A stretch of DNA of 64,000 bases from NCBI GenBank assembly GCA_030141605.1, contig JAQGDQ010000635.1, positions 58,009 through 122,008 on the forward strand, read 5' to 3'. The stretch is from Tubiluchus corallicola. Lineage: Eukaryota > Animalia > Priapulida. A program made the translations under genes and the position numbers. Positions 13,730 through 26,662 of the stretch are shown here, one piece after another. Numbering within the stretch: position 1 is the stretch's first letter; each line of letters starts with the position of its first letter. A model generated the notes under the pieces. It made no database searches and had not been told where the DNA came from. It saw only the letters and a list, made by a program, of their open reading frames with translations.

Positions 13730-14415
13730 CTGTATCTTGTAAATAAGATTTTAAAAAATAGGTTTTTGGTGAGTCAGTGATGCACACTGGGAAGGTGAGT
13801 AAGTGACGTTTTACCAATTGGTGAAAACATTTTAAATAATTAATAATTTTCTTTTCTAATTACCTAAGTCTTTCCAGCAGGTAAGCGAAATGCTAAGTAA
13901 TATAACTTTGCATTGAAAGGTTTTTGTGACATAATTTAACATTTCCTCTTCTTCTCCTGATTTACGTTGTGCGTATATGACGTCACCTGACGACATACCT
14001 GCAAATTGAGGAAAAAAAGTAAAAGAATTACAATAATAATATGACGTCATGTAATGGTGCAGTCGGAACAATTTAAAATGCGGGAAATTTGAAATGAAAA
14101 CAAACAAAAATCCTTTCAACGCGAGTACGATATACGCGTAAAATTGCTACAAAGCAATATAATTTTTAAGGCGATTTTTCTGAAACCTACTTCAGGTGCC
14201 CCTTTTCTTGTCCTTTAAGCGACGCACTAGGATTCGTTTAACATTTCTTTTCTTCCCCTGATTTACTTTGTGCGTATATGACGTCATGTAATGGAGCGGT
14301 TGGAACAGTATTGCGGGAAATAAAATTGCTACCAAGTAAATTTTTCAAGGCGATTTTTCTGAAAAATATTTCTGGTACCTCTCTCTTGTCCTTTAAGTGA
14401 CCCACTGGGATTCGT
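13730..14415 (-). mobile_element. Dispersed TTAA-ended DNA element family B with duplicated terminus
   Basis: Ends in TTCTTGTCCT|TTAA twice (about 14215 and 14395); related segments at 10900-11260, 17110-17480, 20865-21047 and 36445-37000. Confidence 0.55.
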
Positions 14416-15466
14416 TGCCTCCGATATTCCTAGTTCATAACTTATGCATGTGTAAATCCTAATAATGCAAGACGCTAAATCATTGGTATTCAGAAAACGT
14501 CACTAGTTGTAATTCTTAGTCCACGCCTGCCACTTTGTACAAACAGTGCCTATTTACTACCGCCTTAAATAATAATTATTGTTTCGCGTGCTTTATGTCA
14601 CATCTCAGTGATCAATATTGTTACACGGGCGACGGATACCGACAGAGCAAAGTGGTTGAAAGATTACGAAAAGTTCACTTCTAAAAAGGCGAACCAAAAC
14701 ATTGAAAACGGCACGAAAAATAAACACTAAAACTTGTCAAATCCGAGTTCTTTCCCGAGTTAATAATTTGCAGAAGTTATCATCATAAACTGCACGTGGT
14801 GACTGCTGAGTTCGCTTGGTGCGCCTTAAAAATTGATAATTCATCTGACTCATCTGTTTACAACTTTGCGTAGTCCCCCTTGGGAAAAATGCCAAGTTTT
14901 TTCGGGTTGTTTGATGAACCTGCTGGCGTCTGGATTGACTTTGAGCTTGACAGTGTATCCGGTTGCATTCCCTCTTTCTCAGGATTGGGCACGTAACGTG
15001 ATCGGCATGTGGGAAATCAAATTGGTATTTCAAGTTGAAATCGATTCAGATAAATTTCACATTCGCTAATTAGAGCTCTACCGAATTGTGAGAAATCAGA
15101 CATTTTTTTCTTCTACCGTGGGTCTAGACAGCCCCAGCTAAAGTAGCTTTATTAGATTATATAATGTTATATATTATCCTCTTTATAATGTCATTGCGGT
15201 AAACTTCTAATGATTATGACGTGACATATTATTATTATAACAGCATTTTAATCAAAGTTGTAATGATGTGTAAAGTTTATGTTTGTATGGTTTAGTAAAT
15301 TAGAGCAGTAGTGGATTTTATAACTTTGCAATGAATTAGTATTGTATAAGTTCCTTTGTGCTAATTTTGATTGTTTTAATTGTTATGCAGTTCTAAAACT
15401 TGTATATGTTACATTGTTTTTTGTTTGTATGTATAAATGTGATTTTTTGTTTTGTGTTGGAATTTT

Positions 15467-17524
15467 ATGTTAGTTTGTGATGACATCAATAGTTAGGCTC
15501 CCCCGCGTTAATTAAGGCTTTAATCTACTTTTTAATTAGCAGAAACGCTTTTGCAGTATTAATCGTCTTAAAATCTATAGTTTTTATCGGACTTGAAAAT
15601 GGGGTAGTATATGAGAAATCATCATGTCTTCCTTTAACTACACAGGTAAGCACACGCCGTAACCACTCTGTGACCATTCCCGAAAAGAAAACCAACAACA
15701 AGCTGTCACCAACCTTGTATTAATATACATACTGATCCCAGCTACTTATATATAGACCTACTGGAAGCCAAAATTCGATGTAGCCTGAGCTGCCCTAAGG
15801 TTGAAAATCTAAAACACATTGCAAAACTTGCAAAGACTTATGCCAGTCGTAAATAAATCGTTTCTCATCTTTCCTCAACCTGTCAGTGGTGATGTTGTTT
15901 GGGTGCAAACCGCTGACCTCCAGTGAGGAGGCACTGAAGCCATTTAATCAACGAGGCATGACGGCTCCGATTGCGGGAACAAAAACTTTACGGTTTCTAG
16001 TTTTTGCTCACGTTCTGGGGTTAAAAGAACCTGGAAAATGAAGCCTTGTACTCATAAACACATTTGAGGCGATATGAATAGCTGGGTGGTCACTCGAGCG
16101 TGTGCTTCGTGGCTGAAAGTTAAGAACGGCCAGGCTGGTCAGTGAATGGGTCACGACTGCTTGGGTTCAATGCTTGTTCGGGGAAATTTCGTTAGCCATT
16201 CTATTTCTGACTGCGTACGGGGAGGTTATTCTCTAACATGGTACATGCTAGGTTGGTCATGACTCCCCTTCGTGGCTTATCTTAGGGGTTAACAAATTAT
16301 TGATTTTATTTCTATTTCATTTTATTCACACCCAGTAATAAAATACAGGCTACTATAAAAACAATTTAATATAAAACACTTTGGCAAAAAACATACAATC
16401 ATTGCATAATATACAAATGCAATATTTACAAGAGTGTGGTAAAGACACAAAAAGATTAACTGCTTGCATGTGTCTATTGTGTACAAGGAAGTTAACTTTA
16501 TATAAACTTTTGAATAACTTGAGATTTTGTGCAGTTACGAGGGATGCACCATCAACATATGCAGGCAATGAGTTCCAGATCGGTACAGCATGATTCGAGA
16601 GAAATTGGCCAAATGATACTGAAGCAGTTCGATGAATGAAAAGCTTCAGAGAATGATTTTGCCTTGTTCTATTGCAAGATACTCGGGTAAAAAATTTGTC
16701 AAAGTCAACATCAACTTCTCTATGAATAATTTGGTAGCATTAAGCTAAATCTTTTTGAATGCGTACAATGACATTCTTAATAATAACCTCCTGCGATTTT
16801 AAAGCACAAGAAATTCCTTTACTTGCATGAAACCAAAAAAATTCGTCTTGATATTTTGTATCACTTACATGCTGCTTCAAGTGGTATTAGCGCAGCGTCC
16901 GGATGCGGACGCGTTGGGGGTGGGGGGGGGGGGTGTACACAGCAGATAAAATCGGATTATATTGTTTTCAATTGACCTGTTTATGCAGCCTGCGTATGCG
17001 TTATTACCATCAGTATATAGTTTTCTACAGTTATTCCTATTGGTTTTTTCCGCAGGCTGTTCCGCTTTTTAAAAAACGTGCACGGAGGCTGGGTAAACAC
17101 CGCTTTATGCGCACAGAGCTTGCGTTAGCAGTAACGCAGTATAAAACATGAAAATTTAAACACCAACGATGACCATTAGATGCAGCTATTTTAACCACAA
17201 GTCGTTTGAAACAAGTTTAGATAACGAAGTTTGAAAAGGTGATCAGAGCATTCGTAGCGCCCTCTTTTCTAATTAAGCAAAAGTTTAAGTTACTGCGTCT
17301 TGTCAATAAGATTAAAAATGCGTTTATTGGTGAATGAGTGGTGCACAGTGCGACATTTTACCAGTTGGCGCTAACATTTTAAATTACTAAGATTTTCTTT
17401 TTTAGCAAAATGAGAGTTTCAAGCAAATAAACGGAATGCTAAGTAATATAACCTTGTATGGAAAGTTTTTTGTGATATACATTACTTTAAAATTGTCTTC
17501 CCCCCCCCTCAAAGGTATCTTTCT
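15467..17524 (-). repeat. Right arm of large inverted duplication IR1
   Basis: Reverse complement of 10854-12923; near-identical internally, more diverged in the outer ~130 bp. Confidence 0.95.
16098..16185 (+). mobile_element. tRNA-derived SINE head-like segment (mirror copy at about 12205-12292)
   Basis: A-box-like TGGCTGAAAGTT and B-box-like GGTTCAATGC at tRNA-like spacing; no intact cloverleaf. Confidence 0.35.
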
Positions 17525-18835
17525 AACTGTACTGCTATTATAATGACTCGGATCGTAACTGGATTTTCTAATACGGTTGTCACCAGAAGATATTGCAGAT
17601 GAATCCAGTTTAAATTTTTTAATGGCAGAATTCGGTTCTTCCACATCGGGTTTGTTACGCACAGAGCGCTTTAAATTTTTGCGCTTCATTGTTTTTCTGT
17701 CAGTTTGTGTTTGTTTTCCAAGTTCAACAACTTCAATGTCGCCGACACCGACGTCATCTTCAGCAGCTGATACGTTGGTTTTCTCTACGGTTGGCAGATC
17801 ATCAAAATCCAAGTCGAATTCATAATCAGTTATTTGACCCACTTTTCTCATCAATTCACTGGGTGTAGGAAGTGATTCAAACGACACACTTGGTACAGTG
17901 TGACGAACTACTTGGTTCCTGCTGGTATCACTTTTCTTTGCAAAGGATATAATTTCATCTGTGTCAGCCGAACATGCACTGCCGTCGTCGTCAAACGACG
18001 CATGCTTCTCAGCACCATTTCCATAACCATCTCCTAAATTACTGCTGTTTTCAAGTTCTGCTTTATCACTGTTTACAGGGAAAAAATTGACATTAGTTCT
18101 CTGCTTCGTTTTTCTCGCCTTGAGTTCAGACGCAGCTTCGTTTCCAAAAGTATTTTTTGTTTTTGCTGTAACACATTCACTAACGGGCCGGCTCTTCATT
18201 TCGCCTAGCAGCCAGTTACTAGTTTTAACACTCTGAAGGTCATTTTTATTCTTTTTCATATCAGGTGTCACGTCACACATTTTAATGGCAGGTTCTTTCT
18301 CATCAAAACCCTTTTCACTAACGCCATCTTCCAATTTGGCACACATTGGTTTGGTAAGAAGCGGATCATTAGGAAAATAATTTTCGAAGTTTCTGTTCAT
18401 CCTTTTCCTTTCCTCTTTCTTAGGCCGCGATTCTTGAGCATTTTTCCATGTTTTCTCAACCTTGTTTCCGCGATCCAAATTATTCTGTTGTGGTGTTAAT
18501 GGTGGTACAATTGACTGAGTCTTATTCAACAATAGTTCCTCTTTTCTTTCCCTTTCTAACCTTGAAATAAAGCTCTCCTTGGCTTTCTGCAGTCTCATTC
18601 GACATCCCTTCCACGTCGTTTTTCCGTACACAGAAAAACATCGTTTCAGTTCATTTTCGGTTGTTTCGATATTAATAAATGCAAACGTTGCAACAGTAGT
18701 GCCGCCTTCATCAGCTCGCTTTTTAATTTCGACTTCGGAAACTTTCCCAAACTTGCCAAAGCACTGCTGAAGGTCATTATCTGTAACTTCTGGAAAAAGG
18801 TCTCCCACAAATATCCTATGTATCTGCTTTGCCAT
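17402..18835 (-). CDS. NOL8: Nucleolar protein 8-like (N-terminal RRM), first coding exon only
   Basis: MAKQIHRIFVGDL..LQQCFGKFGKVSEVEI..FAFINI..LKRCFSVYGKTTWKGCRMRLQKAKESFISRLERER and a DTDEII motif match the NOL8 N-terminus. Acceptor ttttatttgcag at 18919 lies upstream of the ATG. The exon probably ends at donor GTAATG (17485); the ORF tail to 17402 is repeat-derived. Confidence 0.85.
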   Translation of the reverse strand: MAKQIHRIFVGDLFPEVTDNDLQQCFGKFGKVSEVEIKKRADEGGTTVATFAFINIETTENELKRCFSVYGKTTWKGCRMRLQKAKESFISRLERERKEELLLNKTQSIVPPLTPQQNNLDRGNKVEKTWKNAQESRPKKEERKRMNRNFENYFPNDPLLTKPMCAKLEDGVSEKGFDEKEPAIKMCDVTPDMKKNKNDLQSVKTSNWLLGEMKSRPVSECVTAKTKNTFGNEAASELKARKTKQRTNVNFFPVNSDKAELENSSNLGDGYGNGAEKHASFDDDGSACSADTDEIISFAKKSDTSRNQVVRHTVPSVSFESLPTPSELMRKVGQITDYEFDLDFDDLPTVEKTNVSAAEDDVGVGDIEVVELGKQTQTDRKTMKRKNLKRSVRNKPDVEEPNSAIKKFKLDSSAISSGDNRIRKSSYDPSHYNSSTVRKIPLRGGEDNFKVMYITKNFPYKVILLSIPFICLKLSFC

Positions 18836-19509
18836 TTTCAAATGCGGTAAAATAAGATGGCCGTTCAGTTTCAGTAACACATCACAATCCTGGCATTGAC
18901 ACAAATTTGTCAAAAAATCTGCAAATAAAATTAAAAACACTTCAAATTTTTAATGTCACCTATTATTAGAAACAATTACACACTGCTTTCAACAGAATTA
19001 GATAATGAATAAATTAATAAATAATTTTACCTGTGCTTATACTGATAGCAAGAATTGTCAATTTGATAACAAAAGCTAGCAGTTAATGTGGAACACTTGA
19101 CCCTCGATATAAAATTGAGCGAAAAATTGTATCAGAGCATTAAAATTAGAATTCTGCTGCCATGACCATTAACAAATGCACTAACATCATTAATACATGT
19201 TTATTTTGAAGAGTTTGATAAACTCTGAGAAAGCATAAAAATTAAAATTTGGATTTAGAAATTCTGACTATTGAGAATTTCTGCGAAATTAAAGTATTAT
19301 TGTACTTATCACTACCAGTATGTAGTTAGTAATTCCAACGTTTGTGGAATTATAAAACTTAACTCCAATCTATAAATAACAATTACAATAGGTAGTATTT
19401 GTTCAAAAGACACACAGTATGTACCTATCCATTAGAGTCTAATTGGCATTATTTGAAACAATGAAAAAATATACATTAATACAAAGCTTAGCATGAAAGC
19501 ATTTCACAA

Positions 19510-19600
19510 GAGTGGGCGCTGCCATTTTTAATGTACAGTAGTAGCTGTACGGTACGCGTCTGCGCGTGCGCAAAATACATAAACAAATCCACGTGCTTTC
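19510..19600. promoter_or_regulatory. Candidate bidirectional promoter for NOL8 and ABCC10
   Basis: CpG-containing patch between divergent genes with YY1-like GCCATTTT (19521), NRF1-like TGCGCGTGCGCA (19561-19572) and E-box CACGTG (19590). Confidence 0.55.
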
Positions 19601-20609
19601 TTCCTGCTGCCAAAATAATTGTGAAAACAGCAGCTATGATACTAGTAAGAAACAATGAAGTGCTTTAATAAGGGACGGAAATTAAGAGTCTGTAATAGAT
19701 GTTTAAGCAACAAAAGATGAAGATAATTTGTCGAATAGCCTGCTGCCCATATATAATATATGTATACGCGTGTTTATGAGTATATTTAGGTATGCGTATA
19801 TAGACATACATGTAAAGTATACAAGCTTATCGCCATCTGCATTATATTTGTTTTTCACTCTGTGTAGATATATTCATATTACTTCACCTATCATGTCAGC
19901 TTGATCCATTTTTGGTTTGTGGTCATTCTGCTCAGCAGCACTCACTTCAGTTGTAATAGACAATGGATCTAATAATACTAGATGTCCAATAATGTACATG
20001 GTTCTTATATTACAGGCAGCAGAGTCAGTCACCAAAATGGACTAATGACTTGGCCCAGAAACAAATGTGAGGTATTTTAATGAATTGTTTAGCAGTACAC
20101 AAATGCATAGCCTAGCTAGGCAATGTGCATGCTTCAGCTATGCACTCCCTACATGATGTCCAATTTGCATTGCCGCTATTACATTAGCTGCCCAATTTTG
20201 ATTTGCTTTGAATATAGTTTTGCTCTACTTTAATTATTGGTTGCTAATACCTAAAAGGTGAGTTCAGATGTAGAGACTTCTCTCACAACTTCTTTCGGTC
20301 TTTGTTTAAAAAAGTTGTAGGCATGTGCAAAGCCAGGAAATTTAGTTTCTTTTCTCATGCGGACTATGTCTGTCAAATGCCGGTTTTCTAAGTTGGTTTT
20401 CAGTTTTTTTTAGCTTCAACTGCTGATTTCATTTCTCAAAAGTTGCACTTTCTTTGTCCATCTGTAGTTGGATATTCTTCTTGACACAGTTTTGGTTTAG
20501 AAAGGAGAAAGTAGTGCAGTTGGTTGATGAATAAATCTCCCACTACATCCAGCAGAATATCGCCCACGGTCGTTCATTATATTTTCAGGAACAACATTTA
20601 ATAATTTGT

Positions 20610-21208
20610 AGTTAAAGCAGCACAACTTTATTAAAACTTTTAATTTACATAGTTACAAAGAAATTAGTGCATAATTCACTGTATCAATTTCTTTATTGGT
20701 CTGCTTATTTATTACCTATTTGGCTTCTGTTAAAACACAAGAAAACCATTGATAAACATAAAGGTTAAAAAATTCGTTTTGAAATTTTATATCACTTACA
20801 TACTGCCTTTTGCGTGCAGGACTTCAATCGGCAGTCACGCTGTATAAAACATGTAAATTTACATTTAGTGCATGACGCCATATAATGGCGACTTCGGAAC
20901 AGTATTGCGGGAGATTTAAAATGAGAACAAACTAAAATTCCTTTCAGTGTGAGTAAGATACACGCATAAAATTGCTATAAAGTAATATAATTTTTTAAGG
21001 CGATTTTTCTGAAACTTACTTCAGGTATCCATTTTCTTGTCCTTTAAATACTTAATTTGTGCATAATGTTCTATACTGTAGACTTTGCCTATATAAACTG
21101 GTTGTATGTTTGTAAAATTTACCACTGATGATGCCAGTTGAAACGTTTGACATGATTTTTTAACTTTGTAAATTAAAAGTTTCAATAAAGTTGTTAAATT
21201 TTAACTGC
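20610..21208 (+). mobile_element. Penelope-like non-autonomous element with a short inverted 5' end and a degenerate hammerhead motif
   Basis: CAACTTTATTAAAACTTTTAATTTACA at left is inverted relative to TGTAAATTAAAAGTTTCAATAAAGTTG at right; CCA-CTGATGA..GAAACGTT at 21122-21147; related to 43041-43908; interrupted by a family B fragment. Confidence 0.55.
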
Positions 21209-21352
21209 AAATGTTTTTAAGTGCCTTTAATAAAAAACATTTAACAACATTAAATCTATTACTTCTAATAGTGTCAGTTCTCTTGTCAAAAAGAGCAACT
21301 GCTAAATTGTATCATAACTTTTCTAGGTTCGCAGTTACAAAACGTGACAATT

Positions 21353-22584
21353 ATGGAACAGTCATGGAATTGGAGTTATTTTTGCGGCCAGAATGACAGC
21401 AGCTTCGTAATATTTGAAAATTCCTGGTTGACGCATTGTGCACAACAGTTGACCATAATCTGTCCCATTCATCTCATCCAGACACTAGCATGCACGTTTT
21501 ACCTGATACGATCCTGCTTTTCCCGTCCTGCGCTTGGGCCGACGTCGTCATTCGTCAAGCTGAGGCTAGCTGTTTGTTGTTGTTTGTTGTTGTTGCCATC
21601 GCTGCAAGTCATCGTCGACAGATTTCGCTATCACGTGACCTTATCTCCTGCCATGTTATGCGTGTTTTGTGTGATGACTTTATCGTGGTTAGTACATCTT
21701 CTTGTCCTTATTGAATTCCGCTATATAATGAGTGTTAAAAGCTACAAGCCCGGTCTAGTCTGCACGTCATGGATGCTAACATTTTGCGCATCTGCAGTGA
21801 GATTCACGTCTGTCATTTTACAAAAATACGACAAAGTACAGTTTATTCTGACTAGCTCAGACATGTGTCTTATTTACGTTGAATTTGCACTGCAAATTTT
21901 ATCCATGGTTTTGGTGCTAGGTCCTGTACTGTTTCCGTCAACTGCTAGATTGATAGTTAATGTGGACGAAAGTGAAACGACGCCTTTTTTGCAACACAGA
22001 GCTACCTATGACAGTATCGGAAGGGAAGGCAGGGAGAGTTTAGGGCCGGCTGAGGATTGTGCAAATTGTATCTCAGCGCTCACATTTTGGTGGGTGAGGC
22101 CACTAATGCAGCGTGGTTACGTGAATGATATATCGTCGCACGATGACTTGTATGATTTACCGAGAAGCCTTGTGACTTCACGGATTTCCGACGCATTTGA
22201 GAATCGTCTAAAACCAAAGGACAAAACATCCTATGATCTCCCGTTGTACAGAGGCTATGGCAGTATCAACACTGGCTGTAACTCTCAGGGATCAGATGTT
22301 ACAACCAATGCCGTTGATGCAATGGATAAGGTAACTCCAGAAAAGAAGTTAAAGGTCTCTTTAGTCAGGTCTTTGAACTCGTTGTTTGGTTTGGAATATT
22401 TCTCACTAGGAGCGCTGCTGTTTCTTAGTGACATCTGTGGTTTTGCTTCACCGCTGCTACTGCATGGATTGGTTTCTTACATGGAGAATACTGAAGAATC
22501 CAATATGTATGGCTATTACTACGCTGCTGGATTATTTGCATCCACTTTAGTTGGTGCCATGCTGTCTATTCAGTTTCAATTTAG
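21353..22584 (+). CDS. ABCC10: ABCC10/MRP7 coding exon 1 (TMD0, L0, start of TMD1)
   Basis: MEQSWNWSYFCG...EDCANCISALTFWWVRPLMQRG..DDLYDLP; acceptor ttttctag at 21326; donor GTATTT at 22585, phase 2. Confidence 0.9.
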
Positions 22585-23185
22585 GTATTTGACTTTAATT
22601 AACCTTTGACCTTGATTGGTAGTGGTATTAATGTTGTTTTCAATTGTTTGTATTCATACATTTTTAAATAGATAACACATAACTCTTAAAAACATTTTAA
22701 GCTGTATATTATTTTATTAGTCTTATATTATGTACCATAGATGGCACCACATCTTTGCATACAACAGCAAATTTGTACATGGTGCTGCGGCATCTATAGT
22801 CGATATTTGAAATCATTTAGAAGATCCGTTCTTTTTAAAAAATTTTCTGTTACCTTTTTAGAATTTTTCTTTCGTTCAGCAACAGTAATGTCTGCACACG
22901 TGTACTTTCCAAACATATCCTGTCCGTGCGCCACCTTCTGTAGGTTTATTGAACTAGCTGTAACAAAACGACAGATCAAAACTGAAATCCCCTTAGAAAG
23001 AAGTTACTAAACTGACAGCAAATGGTTCGCAGACAGCAAATGCAAACCCCTTGATGCTCATTGTTTTATCTCAAATTTGACGATTGGTATTCACAGCTTA
23101 ATTTAGCAAAATCAAGGGAAAACACTAACTTGCTGTACCCTGCACCATCATCAGAAATGTTAATTGAGCACTACAATCATTTTAG

Positions 23186-23408
23186 GATAGCAAAAGTTGG
23201 AATGAAGATTCGTGCTGCTATCGTTACTGCCACCTATCGGAAGTCATTACGCGTCAGCCTCAGCACGTTGTCGTCGTTTACTACGGGTGAGATAGTGAAC
23301 TTTATGAGTAGCGACATCGACAGAATAACGAATTTCTGTCCAAGTTTCCACGCCTTCTGGAGCCTCCCTTTTCAGATTGGGGTCTCTTTGTACCTTCTCC
23401 ATCAGCAG
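23186..23408 (+). CDS. ABCC10: ABCC10 coding exon 2
   Basis: IAKVGMKIRAAIVTATYRKSL..GEIVNFMSSDIDRITNFCPSFHAFWSLPFQIGVSLYLLHQQ; AG/GT boundaries, phases consistent. Confidence 0.92.
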
Positions 23409-23438
23409 GTAACATTTTGTCTTCTCCCTTAATATATA

Positions 23439-23557
<119 letters not shown>

Positions 23558-24222
23558 TGGATTTACGGTACTGCACAAGAGTAACTCTTTTCTATGCATT
23601 AGTTGTGCATAATATGACAGTCCATAAATATTCAGCTGCTGCATTAAAACATGCAAAGATTATGAAAGATTCAGAAGACTACAGGTTTTTCACAATACAT
23701 TCTGCATTTAAAAAACGCCACTGTTTCTTATAAAATTATCGATCTGCTTAGCCATACGACACCCTACACATGCCATTAAGTAACAACATCAGCTTTTTTC
23801 TAGGTTATACTTAATAATTAACTCAGCTACAATGACCTCTTGACTAAGAAATTTTGTTGTAGTTCAAAAACTTTTCTTAATTGTTTTGTTAATGTTGGAT
23901 TAGTAATGAATAATTAACAGTCATTGAACTCTAGAAGAATTTTACGCCCTCTCACTCTTACACCCGAGGGCGATTGCCCCCTCTCGCCCCCCGCCTTGCT
24001 ACGCCTCAGATGGCAACTTACAAAAAAGGGTTGAAAAGCAAAAAGAAGTTGGGGAAGAATAATATACATTGAACATTAGGCAGCACTGTTTAGATCTTAC
24101 CATGATTGAGAGGCTGCTGCTTTTAGATGAATTAGAATCCTGATTATTGTAAGTCAGACGTTGTATTTTTACTGTACTTAATGTCACTATGTGCTAAACA
24201 GAATCATTATTTCGATATTTAG

Positions 24223-24348
24223 ATTGGAATTTCATTTCTGTCTGGACTGGTGTTTGCTGTTTTACTAATTCCACTCAACAGACTGATAGCAGTGAAGATT
24301 GCTGCTTACAGTAGGGAGATGATGCGTCACAAAGACAACAGAGTCAAG
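24223..24348 (+). CDS. ABCC10: ABCC10 coding exon 3
   Basis: IGISFLSGLVFAVLLIPLNRLIA..MMRHKDNRVK; 126 nt, phase 0/0. Confidence 0.92.
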
Positions 24349-24691
24349 GTAATGATCAGGGTTCGATTAAGGTGTGTTGGTGCCCTAGGCACACCTTCCA
24401 TCTGGTGCCCTGGTTATCTCCTTTGCCACAAATCTCCGTTTGCACGTTTTACATGATGCGACTCAGTGTTGTAGCCTAATGGTTAGCGAGCCTCACCTGT
24501 TATCACAAAAACCGTTGTTTACTCCTTTAACTGGTGACCTGAGGTTTTTCTTTCTCTTTTAATGAGTGTAATTCTACGTGGCTTTTGTGATCAAAACATT
24601 TTGTTGACTATTATTCTGTCTGCCATTTTGACAATGGAAGTTTGTTTTTCAGATAATTCTTCTTTCTAGAATTTGGCACTTTCTACCACCT

Positions 24692-25319
24692 GTATGTTTG
24701 CACAGCAAAATCGTCCATGAGTTGGCAATTAAACTTTTCTAGTTATTCAGACATTTTGAAACTCCATCTCATGAGGATAATTTTGATATGAAGCTCATCG
24801 TTTTATGATATTTCTAACCTGAGATAATCCACTTTGAAACTGATGTGCAGGCTGTACACTGAAAAACATACCTTAAGAAAATTGTTGTTAAAGTCAGCCA
24901 TTGTTTATTGTCACATTTCTACAAAACACTTAGCAACCGTAGAAATATTGGTTGCTACAGACTTTACAAGAGCATATTGATGCTATTTTTAAATCCAGTA
25001 GATGGCTCTTCCTGACGAAGGCCTGGGTTTGGCAACAGAAAAAACCCGAAGCAAAATGACTGCTTCCATGAGCTACTATCAGAGTTTGAAAATACAAGTT
25101 TTTGACAATTGCAGTACTAGTTTCTAGACTAGTGAGTACGGGGTTATAGAATTACATTTTTAGTATTTTTAAACATTTTCTTGATAATTTGATGCTAGAA
25201 TTTCAAACTCCTATATATAAAAAACAATAAAATGACTTTTGACCAAATTTTTTGTACATTCAACGCTGAAGCATCATAACGTAGTTTTAACTATGCCGTC
25301 TTATGGATTGCAAGCACAT
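24692..25319 (+). mobile_element. MITE family C (TIR GTGTGYTTGCA)
   Basis: TGTATGTTTGCAC...TTGCAAGCACA; homologous to 35263-35920, 51875-52145 (reverse) and 31700-31815. Confidence 0.6.
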
Positions 25320-25557
25320 GTTACTAAATGTCAAGTTTCGTATGTTTTCGCCACTATACATTGATAAAATAGAAATTTGGTTAATTATAATTGGTTTATA
25401 TATGAATAAAATTGTGCCCTAGTAAGCCCTGTTTGACATGTTATTCGACTGCACAATGTAAGGAAAGTATGGCAGTTTTCATAAGTTTTTTCTTTTGCAG
25501 TTTCTTATTATTTAATTTTGCTATTGAACATTATTTTGCACTTGCGTATTTTCGTAG

Positions 25558-25785
25558 ATCATGATGGAGATTCTGTTTGGCATACGCGTCATCAAGTTCA
25601 ACGCATGGGAACGTCATTTTACGGAAAAGGTCCAGAACGTTCGAGACGCTGAATTAAAGAGTTTGAAAGGGAGGAAATACTTGGACGCATTCTGCGTGTA
25701 CTTCTGGGCAACTACACCTGTTCTTATCTCTATACTCACCTTTACCACCTATGCGTTGCTAGGCAACAAATTAACTGCTGCTAAG
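25558..25785 (+). CDS. ABCC10: ABCC10 coding exon 4
   Basis: IMMEILFGIRVIKFNAWE..ELKSLKGRKYLDAFCVYFWATTPVLISILTF..LTAAK, a strongly ABCC10-like segment; 228 nt. Confidence 0.95.
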
Positions 25786-26193
25786 GTATGTAAATTTCAT
25801 GTTTGTTTGTTTTTGTAGGATGCTCTGCAGCTTGTGATTCTGCATTCAACAGCAGGGCCTGCTTAATGTGTATACATGTGGCAAGACCAGAACGTAGGTC
25901 TTTATCACTGAGAGAAGGTGTGGCATTGATAGGGTACAGATTTTTTATATAGCTACCATGCTTTATATGGTTGAAGTGTGTACATTAATCATTTCGCAAC
26001 GAAGTAAGCATTTTTTTGTGGTCACACAACCACTTACTAAACAGGTTTGAGTTTAATGTCGGTCGCTTGATCCTGAAGTGCTTGTTTATTACTGTTGCAT
26101 TACCCAACAGCTGTGTTACTAAGGATGCTAAAAGAATGCATTTTCTAAGCTTCAAACTGTGTTATGTTGCAACAAGGGATGAATAAAGCTTAA

Positions 26194-26662
26194 AGGAAGA
26201 CAGGATGATTTTTCTAATCCTACCTTCGATAAAAGTCCTATAAAAAGTATACGTTTTAACACAATTAATACTGCAAAAGTGTTTCTCATAATTAAATAAT
26301 AAATTAAAAAGTTAATTAACGACGGGCGAGCCCAACTATTGATGACATCACAAACTAACATAATTGTCAACAGCAAAAATATTCCACGAGCGTGTTGCAC
26401 GTGTTTGCAAAAGCAAAAATTGAAGTACAGTGCTACTGTAAGATATTCAATGTGTTGTATTAAAACTCGGCATGTTTTAAGGTAAAAATTGAAATTTCAA
26501 ATTTATCTCTGTGCTCACGCATGAGCTGTCGAATGTGTGCAGTTCTTCACAAACTAGCACATCTGAACTGAGAGGTACAGCGCCTGTCTTTTATGCAACA
26601 CATCTTATATGTGACTGTAATTGTTTTACATAAGTCATTCTTTAAAGGAATAGTATGTTTCC
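26194..26662 (+). mobile_element. Kolobok-like non-autonomous element family A
   Basis: TTAA|AGGAAGACAGGATG...ATAGTATGTTTCCT|TTCA. Confidence 0.6.
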
